The translations under genes were made by a program, and so were the position numbers. The notes below the pieces were generated by a model, which saw only the letters and a list, made by a program, of their open reading frames with translations, had not been told where the DNA came from and did not search any database. From NCBI GenBank assembly GCA_021817325.1, contig JAKAVK010000013.1:7651-71650 (forward strand): a DNA stretch of 64,000 nucleotides, in the 5' to 3' direction. This stretch comes from Candidatus Micrarchaeota archaeon (lineage in GTDB: Archaea; Micrarchaeota; Micrarchaeia; Micrarchaeales; CABMGC01). This document shows, in pieces, positions 46,800 through 55,641 of the stretch; position 1 is the stretch's first letter; each line of letters opens with the position of its first letter.

Positions 46800-48008
46800 C
46801 TATCCTCCCTTGTTTCCTTTGTCACCGCCGCCTTTTCCAAGCGAGAGCCTCACTCCATTGTCAGGGTCCCTGGTTATCCTTATATCTAGGTCATCGCTAC
46901 CAAGCATGTGCCTGAGTTCTTCATACGTGTAGTCGCCAACATCCTCCTTCTTCTTTTTCTTCAGGACCTCCGCCCTCCTCTCCAGGAGCGAATCCTTCTC
47001 TATTGCCGTGTATTTGAGCTCCATCTGCGGCTTCTCCGCGCCATAGATATCCTCTATTCCAAGCTCTATCGGCTTGTAGCCCTCGCTCTGGTAGATGAAT
47101 GGGAGAACAGCGTTGAACTCCGAGGTGATGTTGGCAACCATCGCCTCCACATTCTGTGAATCCCCTGCAATCACGAAATCATCACCATTAAGGAATCCAA
47201 CAAAAACCTTTTCGCTGCTTCCACCAACCTTGTCCTGCAGCAACTGCGATACCAGCCTAAGTATGGTTATCCCAGAGTCGTTTCCAAACTCCTTGGCGAA
47301 CTCTGCGAGCCCGTCCACGCGCAGCCTGCCTATCTCGTACTTGCTGTTCTTGCCTTCCAGCGCGCGCTCCAGCGCATCTGATATCTTAGCCTCGTTGGGC
47401 AGGTCGATCAGCGGATCGAACTTCTTGCCCTTCTTCTTGAGGAAGATGGTCACAAGGCTCCTAAGCTCCGCAGGGTCGAAAGGCTTCTTTATGTAGTAGT
47501 CTGCCCCGTACTTTATCCCCCTGAATCTGTTTGATGTAGCGTCCATAGCGCTTACTATTATTACTATCGTATCCTTAAGGCCGGGGTCCTTCTTTATGGT
47601 CTGGCAGATCTCCATGCCGTCAAGGCCGGGAAGCATAAGGTCCAGTATCACAAGATCCGGCTTCTCGTACTTTATCCTCTGGAGCGCCTCTTTTCCATCG
47701 TAAAACTGCTTGACATCAAAGCCCTTGCCTACTGACAGGGTCATAAGTTTGTTAATGTTCTTGTCATCTTCCACTACCATTATGCGCCGCAGCAGAGGCT
47801 CGTTCTGCAAGAGATAATACGTCATAATGCCGCCGCTGCTCCTTGATGCAATCGCACTGGCCTTCTCCAGTTCCCTAAGGCTGTCGTTTAGCACGCCCTC
47901 CTCTATACCTGAAGATGCGGCAAACTGCTTCAACTCATTATAAGTAACCTGCTGCTTGTCATTGATGACAGAGATTATGTCGGCCTTGACATTCTCCACG
48001 CCCTCCAT
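46800..48008 (-). CDS. Response regulator: N-terminal wHTH-like segment, REC domain, degenerate GGDEF-like output domain
   Basis: REC: RRIMVVEDD...DLVILDLMLPGLDG...YYIKKP. C-terminal DPLIDLPNEAKI...RLRVDGLAEFAKEFGNDSGITILRLVSQLL...VFVGFLNGDDFVIAG matches the GGDEF layout, with NGDDF (47175-47189) in place of GGDEF. Start trimmed to MEGVENV (ATG 48008). Confidence 0.75.
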   Translation of the reverse strand: MEGVENVKADIISVINDKQQVTYNELKQFAASSGIEEGVLNDSLRELEKASAIASRSSGGIMTYYLLQNEPLLRRIMVVEDDKNINKLMTLSVGKGFDVKQFYDGKEALQRIKYEKPDLVILDLMLPGLDGMEICQTIKKDPGLKDTIVIIVSAMDATSNRFRGIKYGADYYIKKPFDPAELRSLVTIFLKKKGKKFDPLIDLPNEAKISDALERALEGKNSKYEIGRLRVDGLAEFAKEFGNDSGITILRLVSQLLQDKVGGSSEKVFVGFLNGDDFVIAGDSQNVEAMVANITSEFNAVLPFIYQSEGYKPIELGIEDIYGAEKPQMELKYTAIEKDSLLERRAEVLKKKKKEDVGDYTYEELRHMLGSDDLDIRITRDPDNGVRLSLGKGGGDKGNKGG

Positions 48009-48135
48009 ATGATCGCCTATAGGGATTGGAATGGAAAGTATAATATTCCTTTTCAAAACCGCAGCCACCTTTGATAAACGGCGGGATCGTTGCGTTACCG
48101 GCAGCATTATTAAATTATACGCAGAATTAGAGACC

Positions 48136-49290
48136 ATGGAGAAAGGTTGGCAGGAGTGGGCGCCTCCAAAGAAGCCGCATGCAACCGGTATTCAGCATGA
48201 GGACAGGAAGCCGGAGCACGCTAGCCGCACGGGGGATGAAAAGATAACGGTAATTCCATCGCCAAAGGGTTCAGGCATCAGGATGCCGAAGGTAGACCTG
48301 CCGTACATAATAGTCGCATTGATAATAATAGCAGTTATAGTCGCTGCGCTGGCCATAAGCGGCGCAAACAGCGTATCTACTATAGGCTACAACAAGAGCT
48401 ATACGCTTGCACAGGGCCAGGCAGTGTACTTCAGGCCGGGGAACGCCGGGGCCAAGACCACGATGCTCCTCTCCAATACTACAAACAACAGTGCCGTGCT
48501 TTACATAAGTACGGTGCCGATACTGCTTAACAACGCTTACAGGCTGACGCTCATCCAGGGTGAGGTGGCGAATGTGAGTACCAACGGCTCACAGTTTGCT
48601 AACTTGCAGGTAAGGCTGAATTACCTCAGCGGAGGCGAGGCATCGCTGACGCTAACTGTTATTCCCTCTGATTTCGGAGTCAGGCCCAGCTATACTGTGG
48701 TTCCCCTAGTACAGCCTGCCGCAGCCACAAGCGCAGCAGCATCAAACGCATCCACCAGTACGGGGACAGCCAAGAGCACGCAGAATAGCACTGCCACGGC
48801 CGCCAGCCACTCTACAGGCAACACCAGCCCCGCCAGCACGCCGCAGGCTATACTGCTCTCCGACTCCCAGGTGATGGGTATAGTGAATACCACTAGCTAC
48901 GGCATGCTTATGTCTAAACTCAAGGCCATCTATGTCAAGGACTCGGCCTGCACGTCTGCAACATACAATACCACATATACCTCCCTCCTGCATTCCTCTC
49001 CGGCCGCTCCATACACATACTCCCAGCAGCTTGCGATTACTCCCACAGGCTTAAACTTTTCAGTGAGCCATGGAAAGGGCACAAATTACGAGGTGGCATA
49101 TTATACTGCAGGGCGCACTACGGCAGCGAGCGGTCCTGCCCTCTACCTGTGGATAAACTCCTCACGCTCTAGCCCCGTAGTAAATGCGACATTTGAAGGC
49201 ATCTTCAGCGGGCAGGACTACAGCGTGGTCAATTCGACGTACAATACGCAGGCGGGTATAGCTAGCGACTGCGCGGTCTACATACCTTGA
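48136..49290 (+). CDS. Type II membrane protein with Ser/Thr-rich linker and a sequon-rich extracellular domain
   Basis: MEKGWQEW..., TM at YIIVALIIIAVIVAALAI, linker AAATSAAASNASTSTGTAKSTQNSTATAASHSTGNTSPAS. Many N-x-S/T. Start trimmed to ATG 48136. Confidence 0.7.
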   Translation: MEKGWQEWAPPKKPHATGIQHEDRKPEHASRTGDEKITVIPSPKGSGIRMPKVDLPYIIVALIIIAVIVAALAISGANSVSTIGYNKSYTLAQGQAVYFRPGNAGAKTTMLLSNTTNNSAVLYISTVPILLNNAYRLTLIQGEVANVSTNGSQFANLQVRLNYLSGGEASLTLTVIPSDFGVRPSYTVVPLVQPAAATSAAASNASTSTGTAKSTQNSTATAASHSTGNTSPASTPQAILLSDSQVMGIVNTTSYGMLMSKLKAIYVKDSACTSATYNTTYTSLLHSSPAAPYTYSQQLAITPTGLNFSVSHGKGTNYEVAYYTAGRTTAASGPALYLWINSSRSSPVVNATFEGIFSGQDYSVVNSTYNTQAGIASDCAVYIP

Positions 49291-51569
49291 GGCTGCTGAA
49301 GTGCGGCAGGCTGCGTCTTATCCTTTCCCTCATCGTCCTGCTGCTTCCTCTTCTTCTTTCCATTGATCTGGATAGTGAACCAGAACGTGCTTCCCTTGCC
49401 GTATTCAGAACTGAAGCCCGTCTTTCCGCCGTGCAGCCGCACAATATCCCTAACTATCGAAAGCCCAAGGCCTGTGCCGGTACCCTCCGGCCTTGTCAGG
49501 CCCTTCCTTGATATCTGATAGAACTTCCTGAACATCTTTGGTTTGTCCTCATCCCTTATGCCTATGCCCGTATCTGTAACCTCGATCCTCACCTTCTGCT
49601 CCTTCCCCTTCCTATATATCTTGACGCTAATGCCGCCGTGCTCGGTGAACTTCATCGCATTGCCGATCAGGTTCACGAATACCTGTATGAGCCTGTTCGG
49701 GTCTGCCTGCACCACAGGGACGTTGTAGTCGACGTTGATCGAGAAGGTGAGTCCCTTGCCAGCGGCAACTTCAGCGAACGACCGTATGCTGGGATTCTCT
49801 GTGAGCTCCTTCAGGTCTACCGGCTGCATATCCAGTTTCATCTTTCCGGATTCTAGCTTGGCCACGTCAAGTATCCTCTCTATAAGCTCCATCAGCCTCT
49901 TGAGCTCCGTTATTATTATCGTCATGTAGTTCTTCTGGTCCTCGTTGAGCGCGCCAAACTCGCCGTCGAGCATCAGCTGCGAGAAGCCCTTGATGTTAGT
50001 CATCGGGGTGCGCAGGTCGTGTGATATGTTGTATATGAACTGGGTTTTGAGTTCGCTCTCTGACATGTATCTCTTTGCATTCCCTACCGCTTCGTCACGC
50101 TCGTCCTTGAGCTCCGCAAGCATGCGCCTCGTGAGCTGCTCCTTCCCGCTTATTATGTAGCCTATGTGCTCACCGTTAGGGCCGTTCACACTCATTATTC
50201 CCTGTTCGAATGGTATGGCCTCTCCAGTCCCCTTGGACATTAGGTTCATGAAGACGTCGGTGACGACTCCAGCCTTCCTGGACATTATCATTGCGGAGTC
50301 GATCCTTGACTGGCTGTCCTTGTCTGCGCAGAGCAACGATATAGGCGTTCCTCCTATCTCGTCATTCTTGTACTTGAGTATGTGCTCTGCCGCTTTGTTT
50401 ATCGAGACGATGAGCCCCGCGCTGTCCAGCCTTATAACCACATCGCCGGAGAGCTGCGTTAGGTCCTCTGTAACCTTCATGGCAGAGTTTACCTTCTTCT
50501 CGTAATCGTTGGAAAGGACGCAGTAATATCCCCTATCGGACTTTACAAGCAGCATCTTGACCTCGGCAAATATATCGTTTCCCATATTCAGCCTGAGCTG
50601 CCTGACATATGCAGAATCGGCAATCTTCGAAATCTCCGCCCTCGCCTCATCGGGATCGGGGACAAAATCCACGAGTTTCTTCTCTAGGACCGAGTCCATG
50701 TTCACCTTAAGCAGCTTATCGGTGTTGCCGCTCGCCCACAGTATGCGCGTTTCGTTGTCGAGCAACATGAAGACCTCGTCACCGTAGTCGAGCAGGCTGG
50801 ATTTCTCCTCCAGCTGCATCATCTCAGTTACCTCATCGAACAGCAGATGTGTCAATCTCTCATTCACCTTGCTTGAGGTTATCCGGAAGATACGCTCCGG
50901 ATGGGCGATGCTGCCTGTAAGAACAGGCTTGCCGGTAAATAAGGCATCAATAGTATCCTGCCTCAGATTGAAGAGCTCCCCCACGTTCTTGCCGGCAAAT
51001 TCCTTTGATGGTTTCTCAGCGAAATTCATGAGGCTCTTGTTTACCTTCATTATGGTGCCATCCCTGTCCACCAGTGCCTGCGGTATCACGCTGTTGAACG
51101 CCGCGTCGAAATAGCGCGCCACGTTTATGCTCTTCTCCTTCTCTATCTTCATCGTTGCGGTCGTGCTCATTATGCCGGCCAGGATGCCGAGCAGCTCAAC
51201 GGATCTTGTATCGAAGACGTCCTCCGTGCGGGAGAGCATAGTTATTATGCCAAGCCCCCTACTTTCAGACTTTATCGGCAGTATCATGCAACTCTTGAAG
51301 CCCGTATTATAGTAGTTTATCAGTTCCGGAAACGCGGAATAGCCACTCAGCCTATTGTCAACGTACGGCTTCCCGGTATTCATCGCAAATTCCTCGACCC
51401 CGCCGAGGTTGCTGGCTATCGAGATCTCCTTATAGTAGACATTGTCCACCTTGATGTATTCGCGTATTTTCTCTCCGGATTTGAGGAGGAGGTCGGTGGG
51501 GCTTGTGGATTCCCTGCTCAGAGTAAGAATCTCCGCAACGATCCTGTCTACTGATACGCCATCCTGCAT
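49278..51569 (-). CDS. Sensor histidine kinase with GAF/PAS input domains
   Basis: H-box ISHDLRTPMTNIKG, N-box LIGNAMKFT, G1 DTGIGI, G2 GTGLGLS. Start set at MQDGVSV (ATG 51569) because the track start at 51695 overlaps the divergent fibrillarin ATG. Confidence 0.85.
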   Translation of the reverse strand: MQDGVSVDRIVAEILTLSRESTSPTDLLLKSGEKIREYIKVDNVYYKEISIASNLGGVEEFAMNTGKPYVDNRLSGYSAFPELINYYNTGFKSCMILPIKSESRGLGIITMLSRTEDVFDTRSVELLGILAGIMSTTATMKIEKEKSINVARYFDAAFNSVIPQALVDRDGTIMKVNKSLMNFAEKPSKEFAGKNVGELFNLRQDTIDALFTGKPVLTGSIAHPERIFRITSSKVNERLTHLLFDEVTEMMQLEEKSSLLDYGDEVFMLLDNETRILWASGNTDKLLKVNMDSVLEKKLVDFVPDPDEARAEISKIADSAYVRQLRLNMGNDIFAEVKMLLVKSDRGYYCVLSNDYEKKVNSAMKVTEDLTQLSGDVVIRLDSAGLIVSINKAAEHILKYKNDEIGGTPISLLCADKDSQSRIDSAMIMSRKAGVVTDVFMNLMSKGTGEAIPFEQGIMSVNGPNGEHIGYIISGKEQLTRRMLAELKDERDEAVGNAKRYMSESELKTQFIYNISHDLRTPMTNIKGFSQLMLDGEFGALNEDQKNYMTIIITELKRLMELIERILDVAKLESGKMKLDMQPVDLKELTENPSIRSFAEVAAGKGLTFSINVDYNVPVVQADPNRLIQVFVNLIGNAMKFTEHGGISVKIYRKGKEQKVRIEVTDTGIGIRDEDKPKMFRKFYQISRKGLTRPEGTGTGLGLSIVRDIVRLHGGKTGFSSEYGKGSTFWFTIQINGKKKRKQQDDEGKDKTQPAALQQPQGM

Positions 51570-51633
51570 AAAAGCACTTAAAAAAGACAATGTACAAGAT
51601 AACAATGCCAAGACATAAAATGGTGATGCATTC

Positions 51634-52293
51634 ATGGTTGTAGAGAAGTTATTCGATGGCGTATTCAGGATAGATGGGAAACTGGCCACGCTCAACCTGG
51701 CGCAGGGCAGGAAGGTCTACGGAGAGGAACTGCTCAAGGAGAAGGGAAAGGAGTACAGGACCTGGAATCCCTACAGAAGCAAGCTTGCAGCGGCGATGAT
51801 GAAGGGCATGAAGCATATGCAGATAAAGGATGGAAGCAAGGTCCTCTACCTGGGCGCGGCCACAGGCACAACTCCAAGTCATGTAAGCGACATTGTGGGC
51901 GCGGATGGAATGGTGTACTGCGTTGAGATATCCGAGAGAAGCATGAGGGACCTACTGCAGCTATGTGAGGTAAGGCCCAACATGCTGCCTCTGCTGCAGG
52001 ATGCCAGGAATACCGAAGCGTACGCGGATGATATCGGAACTGCGGATGTAATATACCAGGATGTCGCAGCAAAGGACCAGGATGACATACTGCTAAGGAA
52101 CAGCGCGCTGCTAAAGAAGGGCGGATACGCCTATGTGGCCATAAAATCGCAGAGCATAGACGTAGGCAAGAGGCCAAAGGAGGTATTTGACCAATTCATC
52201 AATAACATTTCGGTTAGGTTTGAGGTACTGGAAAGGATAGACATAGGGCAGTATGACAAGATGCACCTGTTCCTTGTCCTAAAGAAAAAATAG
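51634..52293 (+). CDS. flpA: Fibrillarin (rRNA/tRNA 2'-O-methyltransferase)
   Basis: VYGEELL...YRTWNPYRSKLAAAM, SAM motif VLYLGAATGTTPSHVSD. Confidence 0.93.
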   Translation: MVVEKLFDGVFRIDGKLATLNLAQGRKVYGEELLKEKGKEYRTWNPYRSKLAAAMMKGMKHMQIKDGSKVLYLGAATGTTPSHVSDIVGADGMVYCVEISERSMRDLLQLCEVRPNMLPLLQDARNTEAYADDIGTADVIYQDVAAKDQDDILLRNSALLKKGGYAYVAIKSQSIDVGKRPKEVFDQFINNISVRFEVLERIDIGQYDKMHLFLVLKKK

Positions 52294-52339
52294 AGAAGGT
52301 TTAAGTTGAAGGGACAAGAGCCATCCGGCATAGTTCTGC

Positions 52340-52366
52340 TTTTTCTACTTTTATTATGATATTTTC
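52340..52366 (+). terminator. Oligo-T terminator region after fibrillarin
   Basis: tttttctacttttattatgatattttc: several T-runs 47-73 nt after the stop. Confidence 0.4.
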
Positions 52367-52539
52367 TGCATGGCAGCACCTCTGGCCGTCCTCGGCGCAT
52401 ATTGGGTAAGCAACTCGTCACAGCCGCCCTTAGGATCACCGCGTATCGTAGTGCCTGCCGCCGCCTCGAAAAGGTTGCAATGCGCAGAGTCCTCCCAGTC
52501 GTCATGCTGGAAGGCCCATCGCGGTACCTGGTGCAGCAG
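52357..52539 (-). other. In-frame coding-like continuation (61 codons) beyond the TAG stop of the 52540..53460 gene
   Basis: Own translation after TAG (52542-52540): LLHQVPRWAFQHDDWEDSAHCNLFEAAAGTTIRGDPKGGCDELLTQYAPRTARGAAMQKIS then TAA. Confidence 0.3.
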
Positions 52540-53460
52540 CTACTTCCGCGCTACCCCGACTGCGCTTATATAACCATTTGTTATGTTCTGGATCCACATG
52601 TAGTTGTAGCACCCTGTAGGCACGTTTGCAACAACGTAATGGTTCCATGATTCTGATACATACATGCCGTTGTCCGCGCCAGCATTTGTGAACGCAACCT
52701 CGCTAGGGGTTATGGCATTGCATGTTGTCTGGGGATTATTTATATACAACTCGTCGAAGGTGACTGGCAACCCTGAGAGATTGCCGTACGATAGCGGTGC
52801 GTATATCTCCCCAATCATCTGTGATCTGCTTGTATTCAGGTCAGTGACTGATGCCGCCCACAGATTGCCCTGCGGCGTCTTGTTTGTTAGATAGATCTTA
52901 AGAAGGTAAGTGTTCCCCCCTGTCCAGTTGTACGGCAGCCTCTCGCTGTAGCCGCTGCCCTCCCCACTGAACGTCTGCCCGGTTCCACCAGGCACGCTTA
53001 TCCCGTTGTCAGCTCCCCACAAGCTGAAGATCAACATCTTCCCTACTGTCTGTCCGTTTATTATGCCATTTGTCTGCAGTCCCGCATACGTTCCGTTAGT
53101 AGTGTTCTCGAAGTTCCAGACGTCCAGAGCATAGTAGTAAGCCTGGTTGGCTGAATACGAATTGAAATAGGGTTTAACGTCAACTTCCATACTGGTGTAT
53201 CCGCTTGGGTTCTGGGTGTTCAGGTTCCAGTACGTATCCTCGCAGCATTCAGTAACAATCCCATACGCAGCATGTCCCTTAGTACCTCCGTGCCCGCCTT
53301 CCTGCGCTCTTAGATTTGCTACCGAATGCGCTGCTGTGTACGTGCCTATAAATGTAACTACTGCAATGACTACTACAAGCGCGCAGGCTACACGTAGCAA
53401 CCTTCTCACTCCAGGTCTTGACGGCATAGTCCTAGTTTTGCGAACAAAATCACCTAACAA
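52540..53460 (-). CDS. Secreted/anchored protein with a DUF3472-like beta-sandwich domain
   Basis: N-terminal anchor LLRVACALVVVIAVVTFIGTYTAA. LIFSLWGADNG and YLLKIYL resemble DUF3472-type domains. Sequon-rich. Confidence 0.65.
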   Translation of the reverse strand: MLGDFVRKTRTMPSRPGVRRLLRVACALVVVIAVVTFIGTYTAAHSVANLRAQEGGHGGTKGHAAYGIVTECCEDTYWNLNTQNPSGYTSMEVDVKPYFNSYSANQAYYYALDVWNFENTTNGTYAGLQTNGIINGQTVGKMLIFSLWGADNGISVPGGTGQTFSGEGSGYSERLPYNWTGGNTYLLKIYLTNKTPQGNLWAASVTDLNTSRSQMIGEIYAPLSYGNLSGLPVTFDELYINNPQTTCNAITPSEVAFTNAGADNGMYVSESWNHYVVANVPTGCYNYMWIQNITNGYISAVGVARK

Positions 53461-53581
53461 TACACAAATATCTTCATCCTATTTATAAATTACGCATGGA
53501 ATGGATATGCTTATATACCTTATCGGCGCACTATATCTGCTGATCAAATACTGAATCTACGAACACTTACGGTCGTATTTT

Positions 53582-54007
53582 ATGGCAGTAAACATTGAGA
53601 ATAAACTACTGGCAGTCATAAGGGTTAGGGGCCGCATTGGGGTAAGGCGCTCAATAACCGAGACGCTCAACAGGCTGAATCTTACGCGTGTGAACAACAT
53701 GGTGCTTGTCTACGGGACAAAATCAAACATAGGCATGCTCCAAAAGTGCGGCGACTTCATAACCTACGGGGAGATAGAAGGCGAATTTGCAGCCAAGATC
53801 CTTGAGAAGAAAGGCGTGAAGGTCAGTAAGGAGGATCTTGATGCAATGGCAAGCGGCAAGAAGAGGCCAAAGGACGTGCTCCAACTGCCGATAGGGTTAC
53901 ATCCGCCAAGGCATGGCTATGAGAATACAAAGCAGGTGTACTCAAGGCACGGATCGCTTGGCTACCGCGGAGCCGAGATAAGCAAGCTCCTTAGCAGGAT
54001 GACATGA
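53582..54007 (+). CDS. rpl30: Ribosomal protein uL30
   Basis: LLAVIRVRGRIGVRRSITETLNRLNLTRVNNMVLV...IGMLQKCGDFITYGEI. Confidence 0.92.
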   Translation: MAVNIENKLLAVIRVRGRIGVRRSITETLNRLNLTRVNNMVLVYGTKSNIGMLQKCGDFITYGEIEGEFAAKILEKKGVKVSKEDLDAMASGKKRPKDVLQLPIGLHPPRHGYENTKQVYSRHGSLGYRGAEISKLLSRMT

Positions 54008-54019
54008 ATCGATGATCAC

Positions 54020-54418
54020 ATGGTAAAGAGAGTGAGCAAGACAAGAAAGTACTTCGGAAGCAGGACCTGGGGCGGGGGCAACAAGAAGAACAGGAGAGGT
54101 TCCGGCGCACGCGGGGGCGTGGGTCGTGCAGGAAAGAAACACAAGATGACCCAGATAGTCGTTTACGATAAGGACAGGTTCCACAAAAAGGGTTTCGTGC
54201 CATTCAAGCGCTCAAGGCTTCTCGAGATAAGCCTGGGCCAGATAGCCGCATCTGCTGCAGCTTCAAAGGAGGGCGACAAGCCGGTGGTGGAACTTTCAGG
54301 ATATAAGGTACTTAGCAACGGCGTGCTCTCAAAGCCGCTCGTCATAAAGGCAACCCGCTTCTCCGGGAAGGCCATGGAGAAGATCAAGGCTGCAGGAGGC
54401 GAAGCCGTAAAGCTATGA
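54020..54418 (+). CDS. rpl15: Ribosomal protein uL15
   Basis: RKYFGSRTWGGGNKKNRRGSGARGGVGRAGKKHK. Confidence 0.92.
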   Translation: MVKRVSKTRKYFGSRTWGGGNKKNRRGSGARGGVGRAGKKHKMTQIVVYDKDRFHKKGFVPFKRSRLLEISLGQIAASAAASKEGDKPVVELSGYKVLSNGVLSKPLVIKATRFSGKAMEKIKAAGGEAVKL

Positions 54419-54430
54419 GCCACAGATTGC

Positions 54431-55606
54431 ATGGAGAGACTAAATATCGCGTTCTATACTGACTCGTATCTCCCTGCTGTCGATGGCGTGGTGACCTCCG
54501 TACTAAACTTCAGGAAGGAGCTCGAACGCCGCGGGCATAATGTATACCTATTTGCGAGTGGAGATGCGGCCTCGAAGAAGCGCTACTCAAACAAGAAGAC
54601 ATTCATCTATCAGGGGGTGGAGTTCAAGCCATATCCCCAGTATACTATGGCCTTTCCATTCAATTCCGCGCTCAAGCTGCGGGAACTCTCCGTTGACGTG
54701 GTCCATGCACAGACCCCTTTCATGATGGGGTTCGCCGCTATAATCTCGGCAAGAATAGGCAAATATCCGATGGTGAGTACCTTCCACACGCTGATAAACA
54801 ACAAGCACGTTGTCGATGCCTATTATCCAAAGAACGAGAACATAAAGCGCTTTACAAAGAAGTACCTCTGGCTATACACGAGGGTGTTCTACCGCAAGAG
54901 TACTATGACGATCGCGCCTACTCCAACAGTAGAGAGGATGCTTAGGAGATACGGAATACGCAACATCTCAGTGGTGCCAAACAGCGTAGATGTCAAGCGC
55001 TTCAATCCCAGGGTCAGCGGCAAGCTTGTGAGGGAGAGGCTTGGTCTGCGCAGCGACGAGGACATGGTCCTTTATGTGGGCAGGGTATCCAAGGAGAAGA
55101 GGATAGATATCATGCTTAAGGCGTGCTCCAAGCTAGTCAAGAGGAGGCGCAGGGCAAGGTTTGTCATATGCGGCTCGGGCCCGATGATCGAACACTATAA
55201 GCGCATGGCCAGGAGCCTTGGCATACAAAAACACGTCGACTTCCTGGGCTTTGTTGATAGCAAGGCGCTGCCGCACATCTATGCCGCTGCGGATGTGCTC
55301 TGCCTGCCCTCAACATTCGAGACGCAGGGCATAGTCTCAATAGAGGCGATGGCAAGCGGCAAACCTGTCGTCGGAGCTAACTATCTTGCGCTAAAAGAGC
55401 TTATAAAGAACGGTAGGAACGGCGAAAAGTTCAAGCCAGGCGATTATACCTCGTGTGCGAATAAAATAGAAAAGGTTTTAAATAATCCTGATGCTTATAG
55501 GGATAACGCAGTCGAGACTGCAGCCGAGTTCTCGGTAGAGAGGGCAACTGATAAACTACTTGACACTTACAATCTTGTCTTATCAAGAAGGCAGGCGATT
55601 TACTGA
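54431..55606 (+). CDS. Family 4 glycosyltransferase (GT-B)
   Basis: N-terminal FYTDSYLPAVDGV. C-terminal ExFG...EAMASGKPVVG (E-x7-E region). Confidence 0.85.
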   Translation: MERLNIAFYTDSYLPAVDGVVTSVLNFRKELERRGHNVYLFASGDAASKKRYSNKKTFIYQGVEFKPYPQYTMAFPFNSALKLRELSVDVVHAQTPFMMGFAAIISARIGKYPMVSTFHTLINNKHVVDAYYPKNENIKRFTKKYLWLYTRVFYRKSTMTIAPTPTVERMLRRYGIRNISVVPNSVDVKRFNPRVSGKLVRERLGLRSDEDMVLYVGRVSKEKRIDIMLKACSKLVKRRRRARFVICGSGPMIEHYKRMARSLGIQKHVDFLGFVDSKALPHIYAAADVLCLPSTFETQGIVSIEAMASGKPVVGANYLALKELIKNGRNGEKFKPGDYTSCANKIEKVLNNPDAYRDNAVETAAEFSVERATDKLLDTYNLVLSRRQAIY

Positions 55607-55641
55607 CGGAAGAGAAGAAGGAGGCAGAAGCAACGGGCAAC

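Noticed and set aside
51570-51695. Upstream start of the histidine kinase (MSVASF... or MNASPFYV...), which would add a hydrophobic helix
   Set aside because: It would overlap the divergent fibrillarin start codon (51634) and leave no promoter space, so I chose the Met at 51569. This remains uncertain and is mentioned in the findings.
52540-52542. TAG as a pyrrolysine codon
   Set aside because: No pyl genes or methylamine methyltransferases are visible, and the lineage context does not suggest Pyl. I report it only as possible read-through or a nonsense mutation.
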